From NCBI GenBank assembly GCA_964016885.1, contig OZ024756.1, forward strand, positions 11,656,001 to 11,720,000: a stretch of 64,000 bases of DNA. The letters run 5' to 3'. The notes under the pieces are model-generated. The model ran no database searches. It was not told the origin of the DNA and saw nothing but the letters and a program-made list of their open reading frames with translations. Within the stretch, counting starts at the first letter, position 1. Every line of letters starts with the position of its first letter. A program made the translations under genes and the position numbers. Origin of the DNA: Eledone cirrhosa. Its lineage: Eukaryota. Positions 1 to 12,625 of the stretch are shown one piece after another.

Positions 1-307
1 ATTAAGACTTTCCTTACCATATTTCCAATGGAAGACATTTTGAAAAAAAAAAAAGATGGAGGAATTTAGTAAAATAAAATAAACTAATTTTCTCATCATT
101 TTTGTGTGTTTGGAAGATAACTTTAAAGAAAGGTTCTTACATAAACATCTGATGGAATATTTAAAAAAAACAAATAATCAGTTTTGTATTGTAGAAGCAG
201 GGACAGTTTTAGGCTGGTTGGTATGAAAAGGTTTAAAATTTGGTTGTGTTGAAGTTCTTCATATTTCTCTTAACTTTGGAATTCTTCCCTGAAAGTAAAC
301 TAAACGC

Positions 308-872
308 CTACAATAAGATGCTTCTGTAGTTCTACAATAAGATGCTTCTGTAGTTCTACAATAAGATGCTACTGTAGTTCTACAATAAGATGCTACTGTA
401 GTTCTACAATAAGATGCTTCTGTAGTTCTACAATAAGATGCTTCTGTAGTTCTACAATAAGATGCTTCTGTAGTTTTACAATAAGATGCTACTGTAGTTC
501 TATAAGATGCTACTGTAGTTCTATAAGATGCTACTGTAGTTCTACAATAAGATGCTTTTGTAGTTCTACAATAAGATGCTTCTGTAGTTCTACAATAAGA
601 TGCTTCTGTAGTTCTACAATAAGATGCTTCTGTAGTTCTACAATAAGATGCTTCTGTAGTTCTACAATAAGATGCTTCTGTAGTTCTACAATAAGATGCT
701 TCTGTAGTTCTACAATAAGATGCTTCTGTAGTTTTACAATAAGATGCTACTGTAGTTCTATAAGATGCTTCTATAGTTCTATAAGATGCTACTGTAGTTC
801 TACAATAAGATGCTTTTGTAGTTCTACAATAAGATGCTTCTCTAGTTCTATAAGATGCTTCTTTAGTTCTAC
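308..872. repeat. 24-bp minisatellite (TACAATAAGATGCTTCTGTAGTTC)n
   Basis: Direct tandem units, about 24 copies; some units lack CAA. Confidence 0.95.
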
Positions 873-1002
873 AACTAATTCTTTATTCTCCTTGTTCCTA
901 GCAAAGAAATCATTATTTACCAATAAAACCTACTTCAATTTACTCCATCTTTTATTCAAAACTATTACAACAGCAACAACAATAATAATTAGTGATGGAA
1001 GG

Positions 1003-1018
1003 ACTGGTGGTGCTGGGG

Positions 1019-1056
<38 letters not shown>

Positions 1057-1136
1057 GGCAGTAGTAGTAGTGGTAATAGCAGTAGTAGTAGTGGTGGTAG
1101 TAGTAGTAACAGTAATATTGGTGGTGGCAGTAGTAA

Positions 1137-1169
<33 letters not shown>

Positions 1170-1265
1170 CAGTAGTGGTAGTGGTGGTAGTAGTAGTAAC
1201 AGTAATATTGGTGGTGGCAGTAGTAATAGTAGTAGTAGTAGTAGTAGCAGTAGTGGTAGTGTAAT
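1003..1265. repeat. (GTA/GGT)n trinucleotide microsatellite
   Basis: Visible triplet repeat; explains the poly-Ser/Gly, poly-Val and poly-Thr ORFs. Confidence 0.95.
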
Positions 1266-1341
1266 GTTTGAAAGTCAATTGACTTCTTGCAAGTGAAGTC
1301 TTTACTGGATGTTAATTATTTGTGCATGAATTTGTATGGTA

Positions 1342-1469
1342 GAGATAGAGAGACTGTTTATGAGAGAGAGAGAGGGAGAGAGAGAGACTGTTTATGAGAG
1401 AGGGAGAGAGAGAGACTGTTTATGAGTGAGAGAGAGAGAGAGACTGTTTATGAGAGAGACTTAATGAGT

Positions 1470-1508
<39 letters not shown>

Positions 1509-2290
1509 TATGAGTGAGTGTGTGAGAGAGAGAGACTGTTTATGAGTGAGTGTGTGAGAAAGAGAGAGACTGTTTATGAGTGTGTGAGAGAGAGACTGTT
1601 TATGAGTGTGTGAGAGAGAGACTGTTTATGAGTGAGTGTGAGAGAGAGAGAGACTGTTTATGAGTGTGTGAGAGAGAGAGACTGTTTATGAGTGAGTGTG
1701 AGAGAGAGAGAGACTGTTTATGAGAGAGAGAGAGAGACTTAATGAGTGAGTGTGTGAGAGAGAGACTGTTTATGAGTGAGTGTGTGAGAGAGAGACTGTT
1801 TATGAGTGTGTGAGAGAGAGACTGTTTATGAGTGAGTGAGAGAGAGAGAGACTGTTTATGAGTGAGTGTGAGAAAGAGAGAGACTGTTTATGAGTGCGTG
1901 AGAGAGAGAGAGAGACTGTTTATGAGTGAGTGTGAGAGAGAGAGAGAGACTGTTTATGAGTGTGTGTGAGAGAGAGAGAGAGACTGTTTATGAGTGAGTG
2001 TGAGAGAGAGAGACTGTTTATGAGTGTGTGTGAGAGAGAGAGACTGTTTATGAGTGTGTGTGAGAGAGAGAGAGACTGTTTATGAGTGTGTGTGAGAGAG
2101 AGAGAGACTGTTTATGAGTGTGTGTGTGAGAGAGAGAGAGACTGTTTATGAGTGTGTGTCAGAGAGAGAGAGACTGTTTATGTGTGAGAGAGAGAGAGAG
2201 ACTGTTTATGAGTGTCAGAGAGAGAGACTGTTTATGAGTAAGTGTGAGAGAGAGACCTTTATGAGTGAGTGTGAGAGAGAGAGAGAGAGT
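1342..2290. repeat. Compound (GA)n/(GT)n minisatellite with a CTGTTTATG spacer
   Basis: Repeated GAGAGACTGTTTATGAGTGTG units. Confidence 0.95.
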
Positions 2291-2500
2291 ACATTGTAGT
2301 CATGTTGGAATACAACCCTATATTTATGTGTCATACTTTAATCCCCCCTCCCCATCATCATCATAACTTATCTGTGTTGTAAATCCCCTTCTCCCTCCCG
2401 CCTCCCCACCACCATCATCATCATAACTTATCTGTGTTGTAAGCCCTCCCCCACCCCATGTTTATTCATCCCTGATTATCTTAGTTGCTGACATTAGTTC

Positions 2501-2538
<38 letters not shown>

Positions 2539-2569
2539 CAAAGCGCACCATAATTCTATGTGTGTGCGT

Positions 2570-2860
2570 ATATGTAGCAAGACTGAGCCTCATTAAATCT
2601 GTGTGTGTATATGTATGTAGCAAGACTGAGCCTCTTTAAATCTGTGTGTGTATATGTATGTTGCAAGACTGAACCTTGTTAAATCTGTGTGTGTATATGT
2701 ATGTTGCAAGACTGAACCTTGTTAAATCTGTGTGTGTATATGTATGTAGCAAGACCGAGCCTCTTTAAATCTGTGTGTGTATATGTATGTAGCAAGACAA
2801 CCTCGTTAAATCTATGTATATGTGTGTGTATGAAGCCAGACTGAGCCTCGTTAAATCTCT
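2570..2860. repeat. ~44-bp tandem repeat (AAATCTGTGTGTGTATATGTATGTAGCAAGACTGAGCCTC...)
   Basis: About 6 diverged units. Confidence 0.85.
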
Positions 2861-3098
2861 GGTATAATTGTATACTTTGTCATTAACTGAACTACAATTT
2901 CAACCTTAATCTTTTATCTAATAATACATCCATTCCTTTTACCATTCTGTATTGATGTATTCTATTTGATTTCTCAGTTAATCTCTAACTCTTCAATTAA
3001 GGCTTGCAAACAACAACAAATCTGTGTGTGTGTATATATGCATATGTATGTGTGTTTATATGTGTAATAATGTGTATATATATCTGGTCATGTGTGTG

Positions 3099-3169
<71 letters not shown>

Positions 3170-3176
3170 CAGATAC

Positions 3177-3608
3177 ATCATCATCATCATCATCGTTTAA
3201 TGTCCATCTTCCACGCTAGCATGGGTTTAGACGGGAATTGTCTCACTTGAGACAAGATTGGTTGTCTCGCTCGTATAGGACTGTCTGGCAGGTTTTCTAT
3301 GGCTGGATGCCCCTTCCTAACACCAACCACGTTTACAGTGTGGACTGGGAGGTTTTTACCGTGTTACCTACAAGGCCACATTACAGCGTGGACTGTGTGT
3401 TTTTTTTTTGTCGTGACACCTACACGACCTCATTTATTTAGGACTGGATGTTGTGGTACCAACATAACTTTACAGAGATGGGGTGGGGGAGTAGGGGTAG
3501 TTGGATGGGGGTGTATATTTGATTAAGAGGTGCCTACTGACTGTAGATTTCTCTTTGTTCTTAGGCAAGGCGGGTCTTCTGTATTACTGTGTAGCGCCAA
3601 AGATCTAT
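3177..3608 (-). mobile_element. RTE LINE 3' end fragment (3'UTR plus (GAT)n tail)
   Basis: Colinear with 33008-33580, the 3' end of the RT-coding element; a (CAT)n run marks the tail. Confidence 0.85.
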
Positions 3609-3618
3609 CTATATATAT

Positions 3619-3940
3619 CATCATCATCATCATCATTTTTACGCCCACTTTTCCCTGCTTGCAAGGGTGGGACAGGGAACTTATGCTGGCTTGATTTCTA
3701 CAGCTGGATGCCCTTCCTAACACCAACCTTATTTACAGTGAGTGCTGGGGGCTTTTTTGCCGTGGCACCTCCACGACCACTTTTGCAGTGGAATGATCGG
3801 GACCCCATTTTTACAACTGAGTAAACTAGAGCAACGTGAAATAAAGTGTCTTGCTCAAGGAAACAACACATCACCTGGTCTGAGAATTGAACTCACAACC
3901 TTTCAATTGCAAGGCCAATGCTCTAACCACTAAGCCATGT
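3619..3940 (-). mobile_element. tRNA-derived CORE-type SINE with RTE-like 3' end
   Basis: Minus strand carries A box TGGCTTAGTGG, B box GAGTTCAATTC, a CORE-like CCTTGAGCAAGACACTT...CTCAG segment and a (GAT)n tail. Confidence 0.85.
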
Positions 3941-4137
3941 AAATATATATATATATATATATATTTGATATATATCACCATCATCATGTATATATATATA
4001 TATATATTTGATATATATCACCATCATCATATATACATACAATAATATTTTATATATACAATATATAGAATAAATAGGGATTGACTAACGTAACCGTCTT
4101 ACTTGTTTATTATTATTATTATATGTTGATTATTATT

Positions 4138-4297
4138 ATGCTTTGCAGCCTAGAGTTACATCCCTTTATAGTCTGAGTTCAAATCCCGCCGAGGTTAACT
4201 TTGCCTTTCATCCTTACGGGGTTGATAAAATAAAGTACCAGTAATGCACTGGGATAATTGCTGGCCTTGTGCCAAAAGTAGAAACTATTATTATTAT
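4138..4297 (+). mobile_element. Second tRNA-derived SINE family ((ATT)n tail), 5'-truncated
   Basis: GAGTTCAAATCCCGCCGAGGTTAACTTTGCCTTTCATCCTTACGGGG...GCTGGCCTTGTGCCAAAAGTAGAAAC(TATTAT)n; many copies in this window. Confidence 0.85.
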
Positions 4298-4453
4298 ATA
4301 GACAGTCCTATGCGATCAAGACAACCACTCTTGCCTCAAGTGGGAAAACCCCCGTCCAAACCCATGCAAGCGTGGAACACGGACACTAAACATGATGATG
4401 ATGATGATGTATATATGTATATATATGCATATATGTGTATATGTATATATCTA

Positions 4454-4487
<34 letters not shown>

Positions 4488-4573
4488 TTAATATAGATGA
4501 GATTCTACAGGACTAGAACTGTTTCATTTCATTCATACTTACTGTGGTTACCTCCGATTCAACCCGGAATAAC

Positions 4574-4622
<49 letters not shown>

Positions 4623-4825
4623 TAAATTAGCGAGAATCGTTTTCAGCTCAGGAATTAACGAAAATCAACGTCCGATATGTGTGGCAAGCGCTCGATGAAT
4701 CATGTGAATCAGAGCTACAACATACGTTAAGGGCCAAACACACTGAGATGATGGTTAAACATATCATCCGCACAGCCAAAACAAACGACCAAGTAATTCG
4801 GGTCAAACAATAAAAATATATGTGT

Positions 4826-4875
<50 letters not shown>

Positions 4876-4938
4876 ATATGTATATATATATATATGTGTA
4901 AATGCATATTTGTGTATATGTATAAATGCGTATATATC

Positions 4939-4975
<37 letters not shown>

Positions 4976-5066
4976 ATATGTATATATATATGTGTAAATG
5001 CATATATGTGTATATGTATATATATGTTTAAATGTGTATCAGTCAATCTCTGGAAATCACTATAAT

Positions 5067-5258
5067 TTAACCCTTTACCATATTTACATTACTCTGTATA
5101 TACTATTGTATTTTCACAGTAAGGCTTTATCTTACATAATATCGAAGCAATGAGATATTGAGACCAATACCTTAACATCAGTATGAGTGGCCAGTTTGAA
5201 CAGAAAGAGGTGAGAGAATTCTGGCCGGATATGGCCAGTTTAAACGCTAAAGGGTTAA
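5067..5258. mobile_element. piggyBac-type MITE (TTAA|CCCTTTA...TAAAGGG|TTAA)
   Basis: TTAA target duplication and CCCT/AGGG termini; homologous copies at 10606, 20019, 44342 and 44699. Confidence 0.8.
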
Positions 5259-5770
5259 TCATTTTGATAATCAAATTGCCTCAAACCGCTTCTGCTTCAA
5301 TGATACAGAGTTTTTATATTTTCAAGTGTTTATCTATACACTACTAACAGTCTGTGATTCTGTGTTTGTCTGTAATTTAAAACAGCCAAAATAGTTTCGC
5401 ATAAATCAAAGCATGGGTTCCCGAGATGTGGGGATTTTCCAAGTACCTTCATAAATAAAGAGAGATAGAGATAGAGAGATAGTGGTGGTGGGAGGGTAGA
5501 CTGAAAATTTCATTTTACATTATATACATGTCTATATAATTTTGATTATTTAAAAACATATTTTTAAAGGTACATGACCCAATGGGTCACGGGTGGTCTA
5601 GTATTTATCTAAAAACCTATTATAATATTATATATGGACCTTTGTTTTGTTTCAAACACCAGGTATGAAGCAAGAAAATTATTTTAGTAAACCACCCCTG
5701 CTTCCTACAGTACAAAACTGTTTCATTTGTTTATATTTATCCATTTTTTAACCTCGGCGGGATTTGAACC

Positions 5771-5895
5771 TTGCCATTCTGAGTTCAAATCCCGTCGAGG
5801 TTAACTTTGCCTTTCATCCTTACGGGGTCGATAAAATAAAGTACCAGTAATGTACTGGGTAATTGCTGGCCTTGTGCCAAAAGTAGAAACAATTA
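5771..5895 (+). mobile_element. (ATT)-tail SINE, 5'-truncated
   Basis: Same B box, central domain and 3' end as the other copies. Confidence 0.8.
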
Positions 5896-6324
5896 TATTT
5901 ATCCAATTTTTAGTTAAATAACTACCTTACTCGAGTGGCGCAGATAAGGTATTATCAGCCATGGAAAAGAAAACCATGAGGAAAGCACTTGCCCATGGAT
6001 GTCGGGAATTTTACCTGCTTTAGATAGATATTTTTCCAAAACCCTTCTATCATAATTTTATGTAAGAATCTTTATGCTAAGCTCCAAACACCAACTTAAT
6101 AAGAAAGTTATATTACCAAATCCCTCCAAATTATTGATTATTTTCAAAAAGAAATATTTAAAAATAATAGTTAGAAATATGAAAATGAAAGCATGGAGGT
6201 TATTTGATCAAATGTTTATTTAAAAACCCCCAATAAACCTAAACAAGAAGAACATAGTCAACATTACAAGGGAGTTGATGTTAGGAAAAGGGCCATCCAG
6301 TAGTAAAAACCAGGCCAAATATGA

Positions 6325-7420
6325 ACAAGACCTGGTCAATTGACCTGTCTTGACATATGTGACAGATTGTCTAACCCTTGCATGTATGGGGAACAAGACC
6401 TGGTCAATTGACCTATCTAGACATATGTGACAGACTGTCTGGACATATGTGACAAGCTGTCTAACCTTGGCATGTATGGTGAACCTAGTCAATTGACCTG
6501 TCTAGACATATGTGACAGACTCTGGACATATGTGACAGACTCTGGACATATGTGACACTGTCTAGACATATGTGACACTGTCTAACCTTGGCATATATGG
6601 TGAACCTGGTCAATTGACCTGTCTAGACATATGTGACAGGCTGTCTGGACATATGTGACAGGCTGTCTAACCCTGGCATGTATGGTGAACCTGGTCAATT
6701 GACCTGTCTAGACATATGTGACAGACTCTAGACATATGTGACAGGCTGTCTGGACATAAGTGACACTGTCTGGACATATGTGACAGGCTGTCTAACCCTG
6801 GCATGTATGGTGAACCTGGTCAATTGACCTGTCTAGACATATGTAACAGGCTGTCTGGACATATGTGACAGGCTGTCTAACCTTGGCATGTATGGTGAAC
6901 CTGGTCAATTGACCTGTCTAGACATATGTGACAGACTGTCTAGACATATGTGACAGGCTGTCTAACCCTGGCATGTATGGTGAACCTGGTCAATTGACCT
7001 GTCTAGACATGTGACAGGCTGTCTAACCCTGGCATGTATGGTGAACCTGGTCAATTGATCTGTCTAGACATATGTGACAGACTGTCTGGACATATGTGAC
7101 ACTGTCTAACCTTGGCATGTATGGTGAACCTGGTCAATTGACCTGTCTGGACATATGTGACAGGCTGTCTAACCCTGGCATGTATGGTGAACCTGGTCAA
7201 TTGACCTGTCTAGACATGTGACAGGCTGTCTAACCCTGGCATGTATGGTGAACCTGGTCAATTGATCTGTCTAGACATATGTGACAGACTGTCTGGACAT
7301 ATGTGACACTGTCTAACCTTGGCATGTATGGTGAACCTGGTCAATTGACCTGTCTGGACATATGTGACAGGCTGTCTAACCTTGGCATGTATGGAAATAA
7401 ATGTTAATGATGCTGATGAT
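6325..7420. repeat. Palindrome-rich minisatellite (60-100 bp units)
   Basis: Units ACCTGGTCAATTGACCTGTCTAGACATATGTGACAGGCTGTCTAACCYTGGCATGTATGGTGA; the array ends in a degenerate (GAT)n tail. Confidence 0.9.
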
Positions 7421-8106
7421 GGACCTGTGTTATGTTCCAAACAACAGATTAATAAGAAAGCAAAGACATTCCAACCACGACCATCCTGTCTAGTTTGTCT
7501 GGAAGTCTCCCAATTTTGCCAAACATCATCGTCACAAATCTATTAACTGCAGTGGATCAATAACATAGGGGATAAGTCTTAAGCTTCTTATTGAATTGAT
7601 ATTATATTCTGCCAATCCACCATCCAAAATCTATTAATGATTTATACATATCAATAACCTATAATAGATAAATATTTCACCTTTTAACAAAAAACAAAAC
7701 AAACCAAAAGACTTTCAGTTCTCTGTTCTTTATTAGATTCGTAAATTTTATCATAATTCCTTTCTTTTGTATCTGAATTCTCTTGGAAATCTTTCTTTTA
7801 TTTAATCTTCAGTAGAACCATAACCACACCTTCCTCACATTTCACCCCATTGGCATCTATTGGCACTAAAGTCTTGCTATTTTCAGTATTTCAAATATTT
7901 CAAATTGGCGGAAGAAGGTCTCTTTCTCTCAGTTTTCCTAAAAATAATAAGATTTAAAGAAAGAGTTGATTGTGAAATCCAAGATAAAATATTATTATTA
8001 AACAATGTAAGATTTTCTTTCACTTTCTCGTGGAATCTTCTAGAATGGTATTACTCAGGTAGATTGTTTTGTTTTTCTAATAAATTACTTCAGTTTCAAT
8101 AGTTCT

Positions 8107-8192
<86 letters not shown>

Positions 8193-8346
8193 GTGAAAGA
8201 TTGAAGAATAACATGGCCGGCTGTACAACAAGGGACTTTATTTCAAGTATTAACAATTGTTTCATTGATCAGGTGAGTCTAAAGGCCGCTAATCACTCGA
8301 CTGGATTACCTATAACGATAACTTGTTATCCCATATATATATATAT

Positions 8347-8632
8347 CTAGGGCGGGTAAAATTCCCGAGATCCATGGACGAGTTCTCTCCAGCGGTCTCT
8401 GTCCCTCATTATCGCTGCCATGTCCTGCATCTCCAACAGACCAGTGTCTGTCCTTAGGGCATCAACATACGATAACCTTGGTATTCCTCTTCTAGTGTGT
8501 CCATGTAGGGGTTCCCACAGGAGCACTGAGTGCAATGTCAACTCTGGATGTCGGTGAGCATGTCCAGCCAACCTCAGTCTCCTCTGTGTCACTCTTGAGC
8601 TGACTTTTGGGAGGCTCCCATACAGCTCTGAG
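8347..8632 (-). mobile_element. RTE-clade LINE ORF C-terminal fragment (distinct family)
   Basis: Translates ELYGSLPKVSSRVTQRRLRLAGHAHRH...LLWEPLHGHTRRGIPRLSYVDAL...DRDRWRELV, a typical RTE C-terminus; flanked by (TA)n. Confidence 0.8.
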
Positions 8633-8667
8633 TTTTTATATATATATATTTAATGTATAATAAACAA

Positions 8668-9628
8668 CACCACCACCACTACCACCACCATCACCACTAC
8701 CACCACCACCACCACTACCACCACCACCACCACCACTACCACCACCACCACTACCACCACCACCACCACCACCACTACCACCACCATCACCACTACCACC
8801 ACTACCACCACCACCACTACCACCACCACTACCACCACCATCACCACCACCACCACCACCACTACCACCACTACCACCACCACCACTACCACCACCATCA
8901 CCACTACCACCACCACCACTACCACCACCATCACCACTACCACCACCACTACCACCACCACCACCACCACCACTACCACCACCACTACCACCACCATCAC
9001 CACTACCACCACCATCACCACTACCACCACCATCACCACTACCACCACTACCACCACCATCACCACTACCACCACCATCACCACTACCACCACCACTACC
9101 ACCACTACTACCACTACCACCACCATCACCACTACCACCACCACCACCACCATCACCACTACCACCACCACTACCACCACCACCACCACTACCACCACCA
9201 TCACCACTACCACCACCACTACCACCACCATCACCACTACCACCACCATCACCACTACCACCACCATCACCACTACCACCACCACTACCACCACCACCAC
9301 CACCACCACCACCATCACCACTACCACCACCATCACCACTACCACCACCACTACCACCACCACCACCACCACCACCACCACCACCACCACCACTACCACC
9401 ACCACCACTACCACCACCACCACCACTACCACCACCATCACCACCACTACCACCACCACCACTACCACCACCATCACCACTACCACCACCATCACCACTA
9501 CCACCACCATCACCACTACCACCACCATCACCACTACCACCACCACCACCACCACCACTACCACCACCATCACCACCACCATCACTACCACCACCATCAC
9601 CACTACCACCACCATCACCACCACCATC
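8668..9628. repeat. (CAC/CAT/TAC)n microsatellite
   Basis: Pure triplet repeat; source of the poly-His and poly-Val ORFs. Confidence 0.97.
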
Positions 9629-10322
9629 TCAGCATAGCCTCTATGTAATTCCACAAGACATGTTGTCAATGGTAAGAATCCATTAACAGTTTCCTCCTCT
9701 CACCCAACTTTCTCCTGAGATAGTGAAGACTGATAAACCAAGGAGTGTTACTTCTTCACAGCTTGATGATGATGATGATAGCAATTTCTCTCTCTCTCCA
9801 TAGATAGATATTTCTGATTAAGTTGACAGAGGCAGTAGTGATGTTGGTGATAATGGTTCTGGTGGTGGTGGGGTGGGGGTGGTAGTGATAATGGTGGTGG
9901 TGGTAGTGATAGTGATAATGGTGGTGGTGGTGGTGGTGGTAGTAGTGATAATGGTGGTGGTGGTGGTAGTGATAATGGTGTTGTTGGTGCAAAAATACAG
10001 ATATCTATCAACTATATTGCCTCTTAATTTTTACAGTGTACGCACATACCCCCCCCCCCCCCACACATGAATTCTTTGGGGCAGGTTGCATATAAACTCT
10101 GTACTCTATATCACCCTTCCGCTACTGTAGAGTGTTATATAGGTGTGAAATTGTTTCACTGAGAGGGTGGAGGCTGATGTAGCGGAGGAGGCTGATGAGG
10201 CTGGGGAGTACAGTAAAGGAGTTTTTTTCCCACTACCTCTTTGATATGGTGTTTTTACTAGCTCCTAGCTAATTTATCTGTGAAGAAATAGTTATTTGAT
10301 CTGAAGAACTGCATGACACTAT

Positions 10323-10525
10323 GTACTGACAGACAGACAGACAGATATTCTGACAGACAGGTATACTGACAGACAGACAGATATTCTGACAGACAGGTAT
10401 ACTGACAGACAGACAGATAGATATTCTGACAGACAGGTATACTGACAGACAGACAGATAGATATTCTGACAGACAGACAGGTATACTGACAGACAGACAG
10501 GTATATTGACAGACAGACAGACTGA
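10323..10525. repeat. (GACA)n-based minisatellite
   Basis: Repeats of ATACTGACAGACAGACAG / ATTCTGACAGACAG. Confidence 0.9.
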
Positions 10526-10605
10526 CTTGCTTCTATTGCACCTTGTAAACTCCATGTGTTGGTGTTAAAATCATTTATTTTTCAAAGCTGTTGCCATAAG
10601 AAGCA

Positions 10606-11291
10606 TTAACCCTTTAGCATTTAAACCAGCCATATCCGGCCAGAGTTCTCTCGCCCCTTTCTGTTTAAACCGGCCATAACTGGCTGCTTATACTTATGTT
10701 AAGGTATTGTTCTCAAAATAAATAATATCAAAATCTCATAGATTCGATATTATGTGAGGTAAAGCCTTTACCGTGAAAATACAATAATATATATAGAGTA
10801 ATGTAAATGTTATGTGAATATGATGTGAGGTAAAGCCTTTACTGTGAAAATACGATTATATATATAGAGTAATGTAAATGTTATGTGAGGTAAAGCCTTT
10901 ACCGTGAAAATACAATAATATATAGAGAGTAATGTAAACATTATGTGAGGTAAAGCCTTTACTGTGAAAATATAAGAGTATATATAGAGTAATATAAATG
11001 TTATGTGAGATATTATGTGAAGTAAAGCCTTTACTGTGAAAATACAATAGTATATATAGAGTAATGTAAATGTTATGTGAGATATTATGTGAAGTAAAGC
11101 CTTTACTGTGAAAATACAATAGTATATATAGAGTAATATAAATATTATGTGAAGTAAAGCCTTTACTGTGAAAATACAATAGTATATATAGAGTAATATA
11201 AATATTATGTGAGGTAAAGCCTTTACTGTGAAAATACAATAGTAAATATAGAATAGAAAATACAATAGTAAATATAATGTTAAAGTGTTAA
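10606..11291. mobile_element. piggyBac-type TTAA MITE with internal 60-72 bp tandem expansion
   Basis: TTAACCCTTTAG...TAAAGTGTTAA ends; about 8 internal copies of the GTAAAGCCTTTACTGTGAAAATACAATAGTATATATAGAG unit. Confidence 0.8.
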
Positions 11292-11436
11292 GGAAATTTC
11301 AAATTTCAAATGTGTGCATCCTAACATAAATGACCACAGTAATAGTTCTTCTGAGTGTCAGTTGCTGGCGGCCACTTTGTTTCCATGTATAAGGATACTT
11401 TACCCAGTTTTGACCAATGCTGCTAAACCACCGACA

Positions 11437-11915
11437 TCTAAACTATAATAAAGGAAGGTCTGCGGGACTGCGTACGGTTATTTTTTTTATCCCGTTTGTA
11501 AAATAAGTTGGATTACTTTGAATAAATAATGAATGAATATTACATAATTTATCTACTAAATTTCGTGGCTGTTCATTAAATATATTTTATTTATTTAAAG
11601 ATTTACTTCTTTAAAATTTCTGAAATGTCAACACTTCCGGTTGGCCATCGCTTAAATAAACATACTAATTTTCTGTCACTAATTTTCTCCTAATGCAGTT
11701 TATATATAATATCGTCATTTTTTTAATGTATCATGGATTACATTACTGATTACATAAGACAGTGTAATGCAGTCTTCGTTCAATTTCCGTGTATATTGTC
11801 AATTACGATTTTATTTGATGTATCATATCTACATGTATATACACTTGCGTATAATATCAATATACACACTACACATGCTAGCAGAAAACCAACCGAAGGG
11901 TGGTTTTTCTGCTAG
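11437..11915 (+). mobile_element. Non-autonomous Helitron-like element (479 bp)
   Basis: Begins A|TCTAAACTATAATAAAG and ends in a hairpin plus CTAG|T, with no TSD. A paralogous empty site lies at 12182-12270. Confidence 0.75.
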
Positions 11916-12625
11916 TAATAATAATAATTGTTTCTACTTTTTGGCACAAGGCCAGCAATTAACCAGTGTATTACTGGTACTTTGAATAAATAATTGTTTC
12001 TACTTTTGGCACAAGGCCAGCAATAACCCCAGTGCATTACTGGTACTTTATTTTATCGACCCCGTAAGGATGAAAGGCAAAGTTAACCTCGGCGAGATTT
12101 GAACTGAGACCATAAAAGGCCGTAACTCTATGCTGGAAAGCATGGCGTCCGACCCTCTACCGATACTGCCAATCCACCTCTTTCCATGTATAAGGATACT
12201 TTACCCAGTTTCGACCGGTGCTGCTAAACCACTGCCGTAATAATAATAATTGTTTCTACTATTGGCACAAGGCCAGCAAATAACCCAGTACATTACTGGT
12301 ACTTTATTTTATCGACCCCGTAAGGATGAAAGGCAAAGTTAACCTCGGCGGGATTTGAACTCAGAATGGCAAGGGCCGTAACTCTATGCGTCAAAGCATG
12401 GCAATAATGGTTTCTGATTTAGGTGCAAGGTCAACAATTTTGGGGACAGGGGAAAGGGGATTAAATTGACCCCCCAGTACATTACTGGTACCTTATTTTA
12501 TTGATCCCTGTAATGATGAAAGGCAGAGTTTACCTCGGTGGGATTTGAACTCTGAATGTAAAGGGCCGTAACTCTATATATCACAAATCATATTGTCTGA
12601 TGCTCTACTGATTACTGGCAATCCA
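11916..12625 (-). mobile_element. Cluster of about 4 (ATT)-tail SINE copies or fragments
   Basis: Repeated TTGTTTCTACTTTTGGCACAAGGCCAGCAA...GGATGAAAGGCAAAGTTAACCTCGGCGRGATTTGAACT; head CTCTACCGATACTGCCAATCCACC at about 12155-12178. Confidence 0.85.

Noticed and set aside
8650-9669. Poly-His/Tyr and poly-Val ORFs (also 13732-14637, 62627-63518 and 892-1296)
   Set aside because: Trinucleotide microsatellites; no splice or domain evidence for a His-rich or mucin-like protein.
9630-10310. Short coding-looking stretches between microsatellites
   Set aside because: Open frames are only about 40-50 codons, with no recognisable homology or consistent splice sites.
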